From the IMG/VR virus record IMGVR_UViG_3300037510_000134: DNA of 59,256 nucleotides; one strand, written 5' to 3'. Under the pieces are notes generated by a model, which saw only the letters and a list, made by a program, of their open reading frames with translations, searched no databases and was not told where the DNA came from. The stretch's first letter is position 1, and each line of letters opens with the position of its first letter. Of the stretch, positions 30,779-39,295 are shown piece by piece. The translations under genes and the position numbers were made by a program. Origin of the DNA: a virus (lineage: Duplodnaviria; Heunggongvirae; Uroviricota; Caudoviricetes).

Positions 30779-30971
30779 ATTAAAAGAACCTAGTCCAAGC
30801 GTGGAACAGCTTTTAAGTATAGTAGTTGTTCAGAATCAAAGGGTATATGATGTCTTGTTAGCTTTGCTTAGTCAGCAAAGTGAAGAAGTGGCTAGAAATC
30901 TGGTAGAAGTTCACGAACGCATGGATAATATCAGCCCCGCGCCATATGTAGTAAGTGATAATGATGATTGA
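30771..30971 (+). CDS. Hypothetical protein
   Basis: RBS GGAGG. Confidence 0.7.
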   Translation: MSELKEPSPSVEQLLSIVVVQNQRVYDVLLALLSQQSEEVARNLVEVHERMDNISPAPYVVSDNDD

Positions 30972-31146
30972 TTATAGTAGCATTCAAAGTTCAATTGAAC
31001 GCGCTGTGTTTGCTGCTCAAGAAGAACTAGCCTTTCTGCAAAGAGTAAAGGCAGATCAAAATATAATAGATTCTTTACAGGCCGACATTCTTAATTTGAA
31101 TGAAGCTTCAGAGATTGTTTGGATGTATGCGGAGCTTGATAAGTAA
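30955..31146 (+). CDS. Small coiled-coil protein
   Basis: ORF track; helical heptads. Confidence 0.65.
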   Translation: MIMMIDYSSIQSSIERAVFAAQEELAFLQRVKADQNIIDSLQADILNLNEASEIVWMYAELDK

Positions 31147-31418
31147 TGTTTGATGAACTAGATGAGCAGTATAGGTATTGTATATATTGTAAGGCTGACT
31201 GCTGGGTTGAGCCAGGAAATCAGGTACATAATAAGGACTGCCCTATTAATACTGGATTATTTCCTATTGACAGAGCTATGTTAGTTACCAATGCTTGCTG
31301 TATGTATTGTCCTATTATATTTGAAGAAGGCGATTTCTTTATGCTAGTTAATGACAATGAAGTCGTATGTGTGGGATGCGCAACAGCAATTGAATTATTA
31401 GGAGTTGAATATGAGTGA
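31146..31418 (+). CDS. Cys-rich zinc-binding protein
   Basis: CIYC..H..DC, CMYC and CVGC motifs. Confidence 0.7.
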   Translation: MFDELDEQYRYCIYCKADCWVEPGNQVHNKDCPINTGLFPIDRAMLVTNACCMYCPIIFEEGDFFMLVNDNEVVCVGCATAIELLGVEYE

Positions 31419-31773
31419 CTTTTTAAAGGACGCTATTAAGTCCGCCCGCGAGACTGCGGAAAGCCTTATTTCTACACTAGAAAAGCTTGTAGAAGATGGA
31501 AAACCTGCTGATACAAAACCTTCAAGCGATGAACCCACCGAAGAGGACTTTAAGTCTCTTTATGAGGAATACAAGAATCGCTGTGAAGCTGTAAGTGATG
31601 AATTGGAAGAAGCTCAAGAAGCCCTAAAGCTATTCCTTGACGGTGAAGTTAGTAAGACATTCGTCGTTCCTGAAGAAAAGCAAAAGGCTCTAAAACAATA
31701 TGAAGTAGAGACATTTTGGGCGGTTACAGAAACCGGCTCAATGCAGTTAACAGTTAAGCAAAGGAAGTTGTGA
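31405..31773 (+). CDS. Hypothetical coiled-coil protein
   Basis: RBS AGGAG; start probably ATG 31411. Confidence 0.7.
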   Translation: MNMSDFLKDAIKSARETAESLISTLEKLVEDGKPADTKPSSDEPTEEDFKSLYEEYKNRCEAVSDELEEAQEALKLFLDGEVSKTFVVPEEKQKALKQYEVETFWAVTETGSMQLTVKQRKL

Positions 31774-31774
31774 A

Positions 31775-31927
31775 ATGAGTAAAAGAGACGCAACATGTCC
31801 ATCTTGCGGCAAACCATTTAAGATTGAAGGCGTTGGTGCAACAATTCCCGAGCACAAGATTAATGTGGTGCGCGGAGGTAAGCCTGTGCCAGTAAAATGT
31901 CCAGGAAGTGGAAAGAATCCTAACTAA
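31775..31927 (+). CDS. Zinc-binding microprotein (CxxCG..H..CxGSG family)
   Basis: Translated by hand, 50 aa: MSKRDATCPSCGK..IPEH..KCPGSGKNP. Confidence 0.75.
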   Translation: MSKRDATCPSCGKPFKIEGVGATIPEHKINVVRGGKPVPVKCPGSGKNPN

Positions 31928-32079
31928 TGCTTGGTATTGGACAATGCCCGGTTTGCGGCAATCCCAATATAGTTTTAGTAAAGTCTCAAAATGGGGCAGT
32001 ATTAAAGGAACATAAAAGAAGAGGTAGGCTTATGTCTGGAGCAACAACTTGTGAAGGTTCCGGCCGCAAGCCTAAATGA
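31927..32079 (+). CDS. Zinc-binding microprotein (CxxCG..H..CxGSG family)
   Basis: Translated by hand, 50 aa: MLGIGQCPVCGN..LKEH..TCEGSGRKP; TAATG overlap. Confidence 0.75.
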   Translation: MLGIGQCPVCGNPNIVLVKSQNGAVLKEHKRRGRLMSGATTCEGSGRKPK

Positions 32080-32355
32080 ATGAGGTGTATTATGGGTTGG
32101 AATTCATGCACTCCGTATTTTGATGATACTGTGAGAGCTGCGAAAGAGGTTATTGAAGATTTATGCAAAGGTGATTCCCGATTCGACGAACATGAAGCAC
32201 TTCTAAGAATTGCTAAGCCATTAGCAAATCATCTAGATGACGGGGATTGGGATGTTCATAGTGAGTCTGAGTTCTGGGATGAATTGGGGCCAGATCTATG
32301 GCCGGAAGAGTACAAAGAATATCTATATTGGAAAAGAGTAGATGAACTTGACTGA
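32080..32355 (+). CDS. Hypothetical protein
   Basis: ORF track; MGWNS..; start may be the internal ATG. Confidence 0.7.
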   Translation: MRCIMGWNSCTPYFDDTVRAAKEVIEDLCKGDSRFDEHEALLRIAKPLANHLDDGDWDVHSESEFWDELGPDLWPEEYKEYLYWKRVDELD

Positions 32356-32499
32356 AGAAGAATTAGTTAAAGATTTAATTGAAGAATTTAAGATTAAGCG
32401 AGATTACTGGCAACAGATAAGTCTTGACCGTGCGTGGGGTATTCAAGAATGTCTCAATCACCTTTATTCTTATCAATCTATTCTTAAGGCTCGAACCTC

Positions 32500-32889
32500 G
32501 TGAATTATACTTCATTCGATATACTAGATATACCATATGTAGTAGATGGCGATACATTGTGGGTTGTAAGACGTTGTATTATAGGTCAAGTGGATTCTGG
32601 TAAGATAGTTTATGAAGATAATTCTGGTGGAGTATCCTGCCGTCTTTATGACGGTTTGAATGGCTTGAATACCCCAGAAAAGCATGGGCCTAGAGGAGAT
32701 TTAACCCAGTGGGGCAAGGCTCGACAAGATCTTTCCGATTGGGTAGCTAGTCAAGATCTAGCAAATTTGGAACTACGTGTTTATAAAAAGGATAGTTTTG
32801 GTAGACTCTTGTCTAATGTATGTTACAAGACTGGATCTGAAACAGCTGTCAATGTCATGCTAAATAAAGGCTGGAAGCCTTACAAATAA
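32500..32889 (+). CDS. Staphylococcal-nuclease (thermonuclease)-like protein
   Basis: VVDGDT, LNTPE and KDSFGRLL motifs. Confidence 0.85.
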   Translation: MNYTSFDILDIPYVVDGDTLWVVRRCIIGQVDSGKIVYEDNSGGVSCRLYDGLNGLNTPEKHGPRGDLTQWGKARQDLSDWVASQDLANLELRVYKKDSFGRLLSNVCYKTGSETAVNVMLNKGWKPYK

Positions 32890-32907
32890 TGGAAAGTTAA
32901 TGTTATA

Positions 32908-33045
32908 ATGTCTGTAATTGGGCCAAGAGTAACATGTCATAGGTGTGGCGCTAGGTTGCCTATAGATGGCGATGGTAGGTTGCCAATACATAATGGTAAA
33001 AATACCAATGTTACTTGTATTGGTAGTAGGGAGAAAGCAAAATAA
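32908..33045 (+). CDS. Zinc-binding microprotein (CxxCG..H..CxGS family)
   Basis: Translated by hand, 45 aa: VTCHRCGA..LPIH..TCIGSREK. Confidence 0.72.
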   Translation: MSVIGPRVTCHRCGARLPIDGDGRLPIHNGKNTNVTCIGSREKAK

Positions 33046-33191
33046 TGGCTGAGCTTGGAAGATGCAGGGTATGTGGTTTGGTTTGGGTAGTAGAGAATGG
33101 TAAAATTGGCAATCATTATAAGGTTAATATATTAGTGAAACTTCAAAAGAAAAGGGGATTTTGTCACGGTTCTGGACAGGAGGCTAAGTAA
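33045..33191 (+). CDS. Zinc-binding microprotein (CxxCG..H..CxGSG family)
   Basis: Translated by hand, 48 aa: GRCRVCGL..IGNH..FCHGSGQE; TAATG overlap. Confidence 0.75.
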   Translation: MAELGRCRVCGLVWVVENGKIGNHYKVNILVKLQKKRGFCHGSGQEAK

Positions 33192-33325
33192 TGGAAACTG
33201 CTAGATGCCCTAAATGTGGCAATCCTAATGTTGGATTAATCAAAGACGGTTCAGAATACTTTTTTAAAAAACACAATAATCAAAAAGGTACTATGTGCGC
33301 CGGAACATTCACTAAATCAAGATGA
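33191..33325 (+). CDS. Zinc-binding microprotein (CxxCG..H..CxGT family)
   Basis: Translated by hand, 44 aa: ARCPKCGN..FKKH..MCAGTF; TAATG overlap. Confidence 0.75.
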   Translation: METARCPKCGNPNVGLIKDGSEYFFKKHNNQKGTMCAGTFTKSR

Positions 33326-33465
33326 GCGCAACAGCTAGATGCATAAAATGTGGTAAAGAATTTACCGTCTACGTTAGAAATAATAAGGCATATTTTAGAC
33401 CACATACTAGAGCTAAGAAAAACACTGTCGAAGTATGTCCAGGATCTGGTATGGAGGTGAGATAA
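33322..33465 (+). CDS. Zinc-binding microprotein (CxxCG..H..CxGSG family)
   Basis: Translated by hand, 47 aa: ARCIKCGK..FRPH..VCPGSGME; ATGA overlap. Confidence 0.75.
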   Translation: MSATARCIKCGKEFTVYVRNNKAYFRPHTRAKKNTVEVCPGSGMEVR

Positions 33466-33624
33466 ATGGAATCATTAGAGTCTTTGCTAAAGAGATCAAC
33501 AAAGGTATATGGTCAAATACAAGCGGAACAACAGAAGTCTAACCCAGATAGTAGTAAACTAAAACAGCTAGAAAAACAATACGAAGACATACAAGATGCA
33601 ATAAAGAAGATTGCTAAGGGGTAA
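33466..33624 (+). CDS. Small coiled-coil protein
   Basis: Translated by hand, 52 aa; RBS GGAGGTG. Confidence 0.7.
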   Translation: MESLESLLKRSTKVYGQIQAEQQKSNPDSSKLKQLEKQYEDIQDAIKKIAKG

Positions 33625-33625
33625 T

Positions 33626-34162
33626 ATGAGATTTCATTACGATTGGGAATTTAAGGAAGATGGCGTAACCATTGAACCTATTAGCTTAGGAATGGTTGAT
33701 GATTATGGTAAAGAGCTATATTTAATCTATGTCCCGGCGATCAATAGTTTCAGGAGACGCCAAGCAAAAGGAATACTAGATTCAACAGACCTATGGTTGC
33801 AAGACAATGTTTTTAACCATATTTCATTTCAAGATGAAGATGATTTTGGATGTGCTTCACAAGATGAAATGGCTGCGGCGGTTTATGATTTTATTTGTGA
33901 AAGCTCAGAAGTCCATGATGATTGGAATATAGAGCTTTGGGGGTATTTTGCCTCCTATGATCATGTTTGCTTATCACAGCTATTTGGTAGGATGATTGAT
34001 TTACCTGCCCCTATGCCAATGTATACTAATGAACTCATGACTATTAGAAAAGGTAGAGCTAAGCCAGCGCGACCGGCCGATTTGCCACAACATCACTCAC
34101 TGATGGACGCTAGATATCAAAAAATGATCTACGATGAGTGGTCAAAAGACGCCCCTCAATGA
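33626..34162 (+). CDS. DEDD-family 3'-5' exonuclease (Rv2179c-like)
   Basis: FHYDWEFKEDG..ISLGMV, LWGYFASYDHVCLSQLFGRMIDLP, HHSLMDARY; start set to ATG 33626. Confidence 0.88.
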   Translation: MRFHYDWEFKEDGVTIEPISLGMVDDYGKELYLIYVPAINSFRRRQAKGILDSTDLWLQDNVFNHISFQDEDDFGCASQDEMAAAVYDFICESSEVHDDWNIELWGYFASYDHVCLSQLFGRMIDLPAPMPMYTNELMTIRKGRAKPARPADLPQHHSLMDARYQKMIYDEWSKDAPQ

Positions 34163-34207
34163 CTGCTTAAGTATGCAGCTCAGCACCGTGCTACTAATTT
34201 GCAGGAT

Positions 34208-34235
34208 TTGCAACCAAATAGGTGAGTGATATACT
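34208..34235 (+). promoter_or_regulatory. sigma70-type leaderless promoter
   Basis: TTGCAA-N16-TATACT with TG extension; the ATG at 34242 is 6 nt downstream. Confidence 0.65.
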
Positions 34236-34241
34236 AAATTC

Positions 34242-34520
34242 ATGAATATTTCTAGTGAGATTTTAGATTATACTTTTGAATTGCTTTCTATTCATCAACC
34301 CGCCACTATTGAGGGTACATACGATGGTGAAAACGGAACAGTTACTATGACATTTGTTGGTGATGACAGCAACTATGCTCTTGATTTTACATATTCAGGT
34401 GTTGAATATAACGAATTTAGAGAAATTGTCATTCAAACAGCGGGACGTCTGGTAGCTGCCCACAATACTAAGATGGGAATACCTAGTAGGCAACCATTTA
34501 TTGATAGTGTAACGGAGTAA
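34242..34520 (+). CDS. Hypothetical protein
   Basis: ORF track; leaderless promoter. Confidence 0.7.
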   Translation: MNISSEILDYTFELLSIHQPATIEGTYDGENGTVTMTFVGDDSNYALDFTYSGVEYNEFREIVIQTAGRLVAAHNTKMGIPSRQPFIDSVTE

Positions 34521-34523
34521 AAG

Positions 34524-34958
34524 ATGGAATATGATTGGGAAACGCGTGGTCTGGAAGATATGATCGGCGCGAAGATTAATAATGTAGCTATGAGTACAGA
34601 ATATCTAGCGTTTGACACTGACAAGGGGACTTTTGGATTCTGTGTAGTAGGTGACTGCTGCTCTTGGAGTTATTTTTATGATTTTCATGGCGTACATAAA
34701 TTGTTGGTGAATGGTCCTGTAGTATCGGCGGAAGAAATTCCACTAGAAGCAGATGATTACACCGGTAGTGAATGTGTACAGGCATATGGTTATAGAATAA
34801 TTACCGAAAGCCCGGTCTGGGGAGAACAAAGTTCAGTTTTTTCATTTAGAAACGAGTCTAACGGCTACTACGGTGGCTGGATGGAACCAACTAATAGAGA
34901 TTGGACTGAATTCTTTCAGAACCACGAACTGAATAAAGATGTTGTGACACTGGACTGA
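34524..34958 (+). CDS. Conserved phage hypothetical protein
   Basis: GDCCSWSYF and FRNESNGYYGGW motifs; RBS GGAG. Confidence 0.8.
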   Translation: MEYDWETRGLEDMIGAKINNVAMSTEYLAFDTDKGTFGFCVVGDCCSWSYFYDFHGVHKLLVNGPVVSAEEIPLEADDYTGSECVQAYGYRIITESPVWGEQSSVFSFRNESNGYYGGWMEPTNRDWTEFFQNHELNKDVVTLD

Positions 34959-34977
34959 GGGGTTTGCGCCCCTCTTT
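34957..34977 (+). terminator. Probable terminator
   Basis: GAGGGG-TTTGCG-CCCCTC followed by TTT. Confidence 0.55.
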
Positions 34978-35154
34978 CCTGCGTGGTAGACTTTACGCGA
35001 TGGGAGGGATCTACAATTAGCGAACAGAATTATATACACATGAATACGGGGTCAAACAGACATGAGCGAAGACATGGACGTACCTTCACAGGGAGACACT
35101 ACATCATTCCTCGCGAGTACCGCGAGGAAGCCACAAATACACCATTCAGAAAAG

Positions 35155-35340
35155 ATGAGTCTGACCTGGAATCATCCAACGAAGGGTGAGATTACAGAAG
35201 TACTTTGTGAACCCCATTATGAAGAGGTACTATTTTCACTGAAAAAACTGGGTATGGGTTACACGGGCAGTAAAGCAAATGGAATTTGCTTACGATGTAT
35301 TTATGTGGGATTTGATATCAAAACTTGGATTGGAAAATAG
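35155..35340 (+). CDS. Hypothetical protein
   Basis: MSLTWNHPTKGEITEVLCEPH..CLRC; 3' part of track ORF 35062..35340; start uncertain. Confidence 0.55.
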   Translation: MSLTWNHPTKGEITEVLCEPHYEEVLFSLKKLGMGYTGSKANGICLRCIYVGFDIKTWIGK

Positions 35341-35341
35341 T

Positions 35342-35491
35342 ATGACTGGTGAATGTGGTCATTGTGGTACACGTCAAAAGGTTTTTGGCGGCAAAGTTGC
35401 TAATCACAAAACAGAAATAATTGTAAAAGGCAAAGTAGAATATAGAACATGCAGTGGCAGCGGTCGACCGCCAATGCCTCCAAGAAGTTAA
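35342..35491 (+). CDS. Zinc-binding microprotein (CxxCG..H..CxGSG family)
   Basis: 49 aa: MTGECGHCGT..VANH..TCSGSGRPP (3' part of track ORF 35279..35491). Confidence 0.78.
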   Translation: MTGECGHCGTRQKVFGGKVANHKTEIIVKGKVEYRTCSGSGRPPMPPRS

Positions 35492-35507
35492 TAGATAAGG
35501 AATAGAC

Positions 35508-35888
35508 ATGGCAGTACAAGATTTTCACTTAGGAGACATCCTATCAATTACGACTGGACGCTTAGTAAGTCTAAGACATATGAGTGGTGTATATGGAATC
35601 TTGAATTTCATGACTCAAGATGATCTGTATACTCATCAATTAATCATCGCAGGTCCCATTATGAAGGACCCAATTTTCGAACAACATCCCTGGCTACAAG
35701 AAGTTGTCGTAGCTGATGATTTTGAGTTCACCAACGATCATCATGTTTATACCTGGCTAGATGATATGATTAATTTGTATGGTCAATATCATCCTCTAAA
35801 GTCAAGAGAGGATTTATGGCAGGAACATGATATGATGGAAGACCTTATTAAGATCATGTCTGGGGAATATAAGCCAGGAGATAAATAA
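35508..35888 (+). CDS. Conserved phage hypothetical protein
   Basis: FHLGDILSITTGRLV..YTHQL; RBS AAGGA. Confidence 0.8.
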   Translation: MAVQDFHLGDILSITTGRLVSLRHMSGVYGILNFMTQDDLYTHQLIIAGPIMKDPIFEQHPWLQEVVVADDFEFTNDHHVYTWLDDMINLYGQYHPLKSREDLWQEHDMMEDLIKIMSGEYKPGDK

Positions 35889-35967
35889 TGATAGGTGCTT
35901 TAATATTTGCAGTGATAGCACTCTGCCTGACGTTCATTGCTATTTATTATTTTGGAAGGATGTTTAG

Positions 35968-36174
35968 ATGAAGAGTGAAATTTGTCCTAAAACTGGTACA
36001 ACCAGACATGAAAGAAGTTGCTATAATCTAGTATTAGCATGTACTAGAGAACCACATGAGCATGTAGACAGTTGTCGTGATGATAAGGGCAAAAGAATTT
36101 GTGGCAAAACCCTACATGAGCACAGCAAAACTGGTCCGCCATGTAGAGTATTGGCAGGACCAACATGTCTCTAA
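35968..36174 (+). CDS. His/Cys-rich microprotein (HxH..C repeats)
   Basis: RHERSC, HEHVDSC, HEH..PC. Confidence 0.75.
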   Translation: MKSEICPKTGTTRHERSCYNLVLACTREPHEHVDSCRDDKGKRICGKTLHEHSKTGPPCRVLAGPTCL

Positions 36175-36394
36175 ATAAAATTTTCAAGCGATTTCTATGT
36201 CCAAAGTATAAGCCGATACAGATCCCCGACCTTATGGAATATTTCATTGCGTGACCACAGAATAACTTCTAGATCAATGGTTGTGGAAAAGTGGTTTGAC
36301 GCTAATGGTAGGGAATGGGGGCTATATACATGTGGTATTACAGGACATAATTGTAATAAGACTATAAAAATTAAAACAGGAAATAGGAGGTAAA

Positions 36395-36553
36395 ATGTTT
36401 GGTAATAGTCCACCAAAGGGCAAATGTCCTGGTTGTGGTAAAAGATTCACATTGGACCTTAAAGGTCAAAAGTGGGTTATACCTTCCCACAATCTCAGAA
36501 TAGCTGGTAAAATTAATCCAGAATGCCCAGGTACTGGTACAGTGATGCAGTAA
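36395..36553 (+). CDS. Zinc-binding microprotein (CxxCG..H..CxGTG family)
   Basis: Translated by hand, 52 aa: GKCPGCGK..IPSH..ECPGTG; RBS AGGAGG. Confidence 0.78.
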   Translation: MFGNSPPKGKCPGCGKRFTLDLKGQKWVIPSHNLRIAGKINPECPGTGTVMQ

Positions 36554-36744
36554 TGGACGAGCACAAGCATACCAAGAAATGTTGGAGGGCAGTTAAGAGT
36601 TGTCCAAAATATGAACACACTCATAATCCATCACGTCCAGGATCATGTTATCAAAGTGATGGCACTCTTAAATGTAAATTGTATCAACACAAACACAATC
36701 CATCAGAATGTTGGTCTACTGAATTATATTGTCCTTGGAGTTAG
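36553..36744 (+). CDS. His/Cys-rich microprotein (HxH..C repeats)
   Basis: EHKH..KC, EHTH..SC, QHKH..EC; start set to ATG 36553 (TAATG overlap). Confidence 0.75.
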   Translation: MDEHKHTKKCWRAVKSCPKYEHTHNPSRPGSCYQSDGTLKCKLYQHKHNPSECWSTELYCPWS

Positions 36745-36765
36745 TTAAAATTAAAAGGCAGCGGC

Positions 36766-36921
36766 ATGGCTAAAGAATATAGCTTAAATAAAGCAACTAC
36801 TGAGACGTATATTGCTACCTGCACAGTATGTGGAAGGCCATTTCGATCAGACGTGGCTGAAAAAGCTATACAAAAGGTTACTAATCATTATAGAGACAAA
36901 CATTCAATCATAATAGAATAA
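36766..36921 (+). CDS. C2H2-like zinc-finger microprotein
   Basis: Translated by hand, 51 aa: CTVCGRPF..NHYRDKH. Confidence 0.7.
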   Translation: MAKEYSLNKATTETYIATCTVCGRPFRSDVAEKAIQKVTNHYRDKHSIIIE

Positions 36922-36930
36922 GGAGATAAA

Positions 36931-37239
36931 GTGAAGAAATATCTAGCAGCGCGGCCCGCGCTAACGGCATGGATACAGTGGGATGGAACAAATATTGATG
37001 AATTTGAAAGCCTAACAGATAGTGATTGGGTTTATCTTAGATACTGCCCATTGTATTTCGTAAACAATAATGATGACCTAGAAATGCGACGACAAGATGA
37101 TGATGTGCTAGTTGACGTCTTACCTTTAGGTCATTGGTCAGGTGGACCTGGAAGTAAACTAGAGTCCCTAGAAAGTACTACAGATATGTCTGTAGTAGAA
37201 GGAAATGGACCATTCCATTTTGTCATTGCGGAAGATTGA
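36931..37239 (+). CDS. Hypothetical protein (QWDGTN family, copy 1)
   Basis: RBS AAGGAG; paralog of 39490..39795. Confidence 0.85.
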   Translation: MKKYLAARPALTAWIQWDGTNIDEFESLTDSDWVYLRYCPLYFVNNNDDLEMRRQDDDVLVDVLPLGHWSGGPGSKLESLESTTDMSVVEGNGPFHFVIAED

Positions 37240-37254
37240 TATACCGGGGAGATA

Positions 37255-37437
37255 ATGAGTTATAAAGTAGGAAGCAATCAAATAACATTACGCTGTGATG
37301 GTTGTGGTGACGCTAGATGTCAGACAGTAGAGTCTGACAATTTAAGCACCATGCGTGATCTTTGGTCAAAAGTTAGTCGTCAGGGATGGACTAGTACAAG
37401 TGAGCGTCATTACTGTCGGAGTTGTAGTAGAAAATGA
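37255..37437 (+). CDS. C4 zinc-finger microprotein
   Basis: CDGC...GW..HYCRSC. Confidence 0.75.
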   Translation: MSYKVGSNQITLRCDGCGDARCQTVESDNLSTMRDLWSKVSRQGWTSTSERHYCRSCSRK

Positions 37438-37622
37438 CAGTACAAGAACTCATAAATGAATTAAATAAACTAGTTAAACGAGATGTTCCTGTAATTCTAT
37501 TTGTTAGAAATAGAATACATGATAGTGAGGATTTCCCCGCGATAGATAAAGCGCAAGCCGTAAGACTTGGAACATTCGCCGGGGAAACGTGTATATTCAT
37601 CACTGATGGAATGGACTACTGA
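37434..37622 (+). CDS. Hypothetical protein
   Basis: MTVQELINELNKL N-terminus; ATGA overlap. Confidence 0.7.
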   Translation: MTVQELINELNKLVKRDVPVILFVRNRIHDSEDFPAIDKAQAVRLGTFAGETCIFITDGMDY

Positions 37623-37623
37623 T

Positions 37624-37860
37624 ATGAGCTATAGCGATTATCTGAATAAAATCTCAGCAGCTGAAAAACAGCTTACTTATCTAAATAATCGTATTCGCGG
37701 GGTAAACAAAGCTCTTGGTACAGCAGATAATAAGGCAGTAATCAAAGCTTTAAATGATGAGCTAAGATCATTACAGTCTGAAATTAATACTCAGAACAAA
37801 ATCATCAAAGAATCACGATACTTGATGCGCATGCTAGAAGAACGTGATAGAAATAGATAA
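37624..37860 (+). CDS. Basic coiled-coil hairpin protein
   Basis: MSYSDYLNKISAAEKQ..; 3' part of track ORF 37567..37860; paralog of the next gene. Confidence 0.75.
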   Translation: MSYSDYLNKISAAEKQLTYLNNRIRGVNKALGTADNKAVIKALNDELRSLQSEINTQNKIIKESRYLMRMLEERDRNR

Positions 37861-37889
37861 ATTAAATAACAAACTAAACTGGAGGAATA

Positions 37890-38117
37890 ATGACAACACG
37901 TAAAGAATATCAGAATCAGATTAACAAAGCTAAAGACGATATCGCATACTATACTAGACGTATTGCTTCTAACAAAAAGGCTATAGAAGGCTTTCAAGAC
38001 AAGGGAGCAGTTCAAATACTTAAGAATGAACTAGTTGACCTAAATCGACAATTGAAGGCAGCAGAAAAGCAACTTGCTGATGCCCAAAAGGGTCTTTCTA
38101 AGCTAAAGGACGAATAG
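37890..38117 (+). CDS. Basic coiled-coil hairpin protein
   Basis: RBS GGAGG; heptads. Confidence 0.8.
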   Translation: MTTRKEYQNQINKAKDDIAYYTRRIASNKKAIEGFQDKGAVQILKNELVDLNRQLKAAEKQLADAQKGLSKLKDE

Positions 38118-38125
38118 GGGGTACA

Positions 38126-38308
38126 ATGAGCGACTTAAGATCACAATTAACAAAGGTTATCAGTAGTCTTGGCCATCTATCTGCGGACTTAAATACTTGC
38201 ATAAATATTGGTGATAAAGAAGGTGCCAAGTATTATAATAAAAAGCTCAAAGAAGCGGATCGTGAAATAGAAAGACTTAAGAGAGAAATAGCAAAGCAAG
38301 GTGGGTAA
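38126..38308 (+). CDS. Small coiled-coil protein
   Basis: ORF track; heptads. Confidence 0.75.
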   Translation: MSDLRSQLTKVISSLGHLSADLNTCINIGDKEGAKYYNKKLKEADREIERLKREIAKQGG

Positions 38309-38426
38309 TACTAAAAGACCATGTCAAGTATGTGGACAATTACTACCATTAAAAAATGGTGCTGTACCTCAGCACAATGACAAGGGTATGTATTGCAGAG
38401 GAAGCCTTAAGCCTCCAAAGCAATAA
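38301..38426 (+). CDS. Zinc-binding microprotein (CxxCG..H..CxGS family)
   Basis: Translated by hand from GTG, 41 aa: RPCQVCGQ..VPQH..YCRGSLKPP. Confidence 0.72.
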   Translation: MGNTKRPCQVCGQLLPLKNGAVPQHNDKGMYCRGSLKPPKQ

Positions 38427-38441
38427 TAAAGAAAGGTAAGT

Positions 38442-38678
38442 ATGTCAATAGGACCATGGAGCCGAGCAGAAATACTGTCGATGACTGACATTGCTACACT
38501 CAAGCATGTTGAAAAACAATACACCGCTGAAGCACGTGACATAGCAAAAAGAATAAATCGTATTAAAGACCCCAGCCCGGGGCAAATAGAGCGAATGAAT
38601 AAAGATGCCCGCGAATATCAGTCATTGTCAGTGGAGGCAAGCAGACGTATAGCTATACTTAAGGCGAGTAGTAAATAA
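38442..38678 (+). CDS. Small coiled-coil protein
   Basis: ORF track; coupled to the HD gene. Confidence 0.7.
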   Translation: MSIGPWSRAEILSMTDIATLKHVEKQYTAEARDIAKRINRIKDPSPGQIERMNKDAREYQSLSVEASRRIAILKASSK

Positions 38679-39295
38679 TGGATGAAATAGATTATCTTTG
38701 TGACCTAGCTTTAAAGTTTTCTGAAGTCAATAGAACCGGCGTGCAGTTACATAGCGGTGCACCAGAGTCGGACACTGATCACACAGTAATGTTAGGATGG
38801 GTTGCTTGTAGTTTTGCTGCCAAGCATTATCCAGAGTTAGATCAAGGGCTAATAGCACAATTTGCTTTAGTACATGACTCCCCCGAAATTTATGCGGGGG
38901 ATGTCCAAAGTCTAGGTATGGACGAAGAAACAGCTAAAAATAAAGCGCAGGCAGAACACGCAGCGGTAGATAGATTGCAGAGTGAATTTCATAAATACTC
39001 TTGGCTGACAGATACGTTGGCGCTATACGAACAACAACAATTACCAGAAGCTAGATATGTCAGAGCAATAGACAAAGTGCTACCTAAGATTGTAGCTTAT
39101 ATTAATGACTACAAATGGCACATGGAAAATTGGACGTGGCAATCTATAGAAAAAGTTTTAAATGATCAATATAAGCAAATCAGTCAATACGCCGGGGAGT
39201 TTACAAAACTGATGGAACTCTACACTCGAACAGCCTATAGAGTTATCAAAGATGTACACAGAAAGCAATTAAAATTAGACGGCGTAATAGAATAG
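38678..39295 (+). CDS. HD-domain phosphohydrolase (YfbR/5'-deoxynucleotidase-like)
   Basis: ESDTDH, ALVHDSPEIYAGD, EARYVRAIDK. Confidence 0.88.
   Translation: MDEIDYLCDLALKFSEVNRTGVQLHSGAPESDTDHTVMLGWVACSFAAKHYPELDQGLIAQFALVHDSPEIYAGDVQSLGMDEETAKNKAQAEHAAVDRLQSEFHKYSWLTDTLALYEQQQLPEARYVRAIDKVLPKIVAYINDYKWHMENWTWQSIEKVLNDQYKQISQYAGEFTKLMELYTRTAYRVIKDVHRKQLKLDGVIE

Noticed and set aside
38678-39295. 2-aminoadenine (Z) genome pathway
   Set aside because: An HD domain alone is not diagnostic and no purZ is visible in this window.
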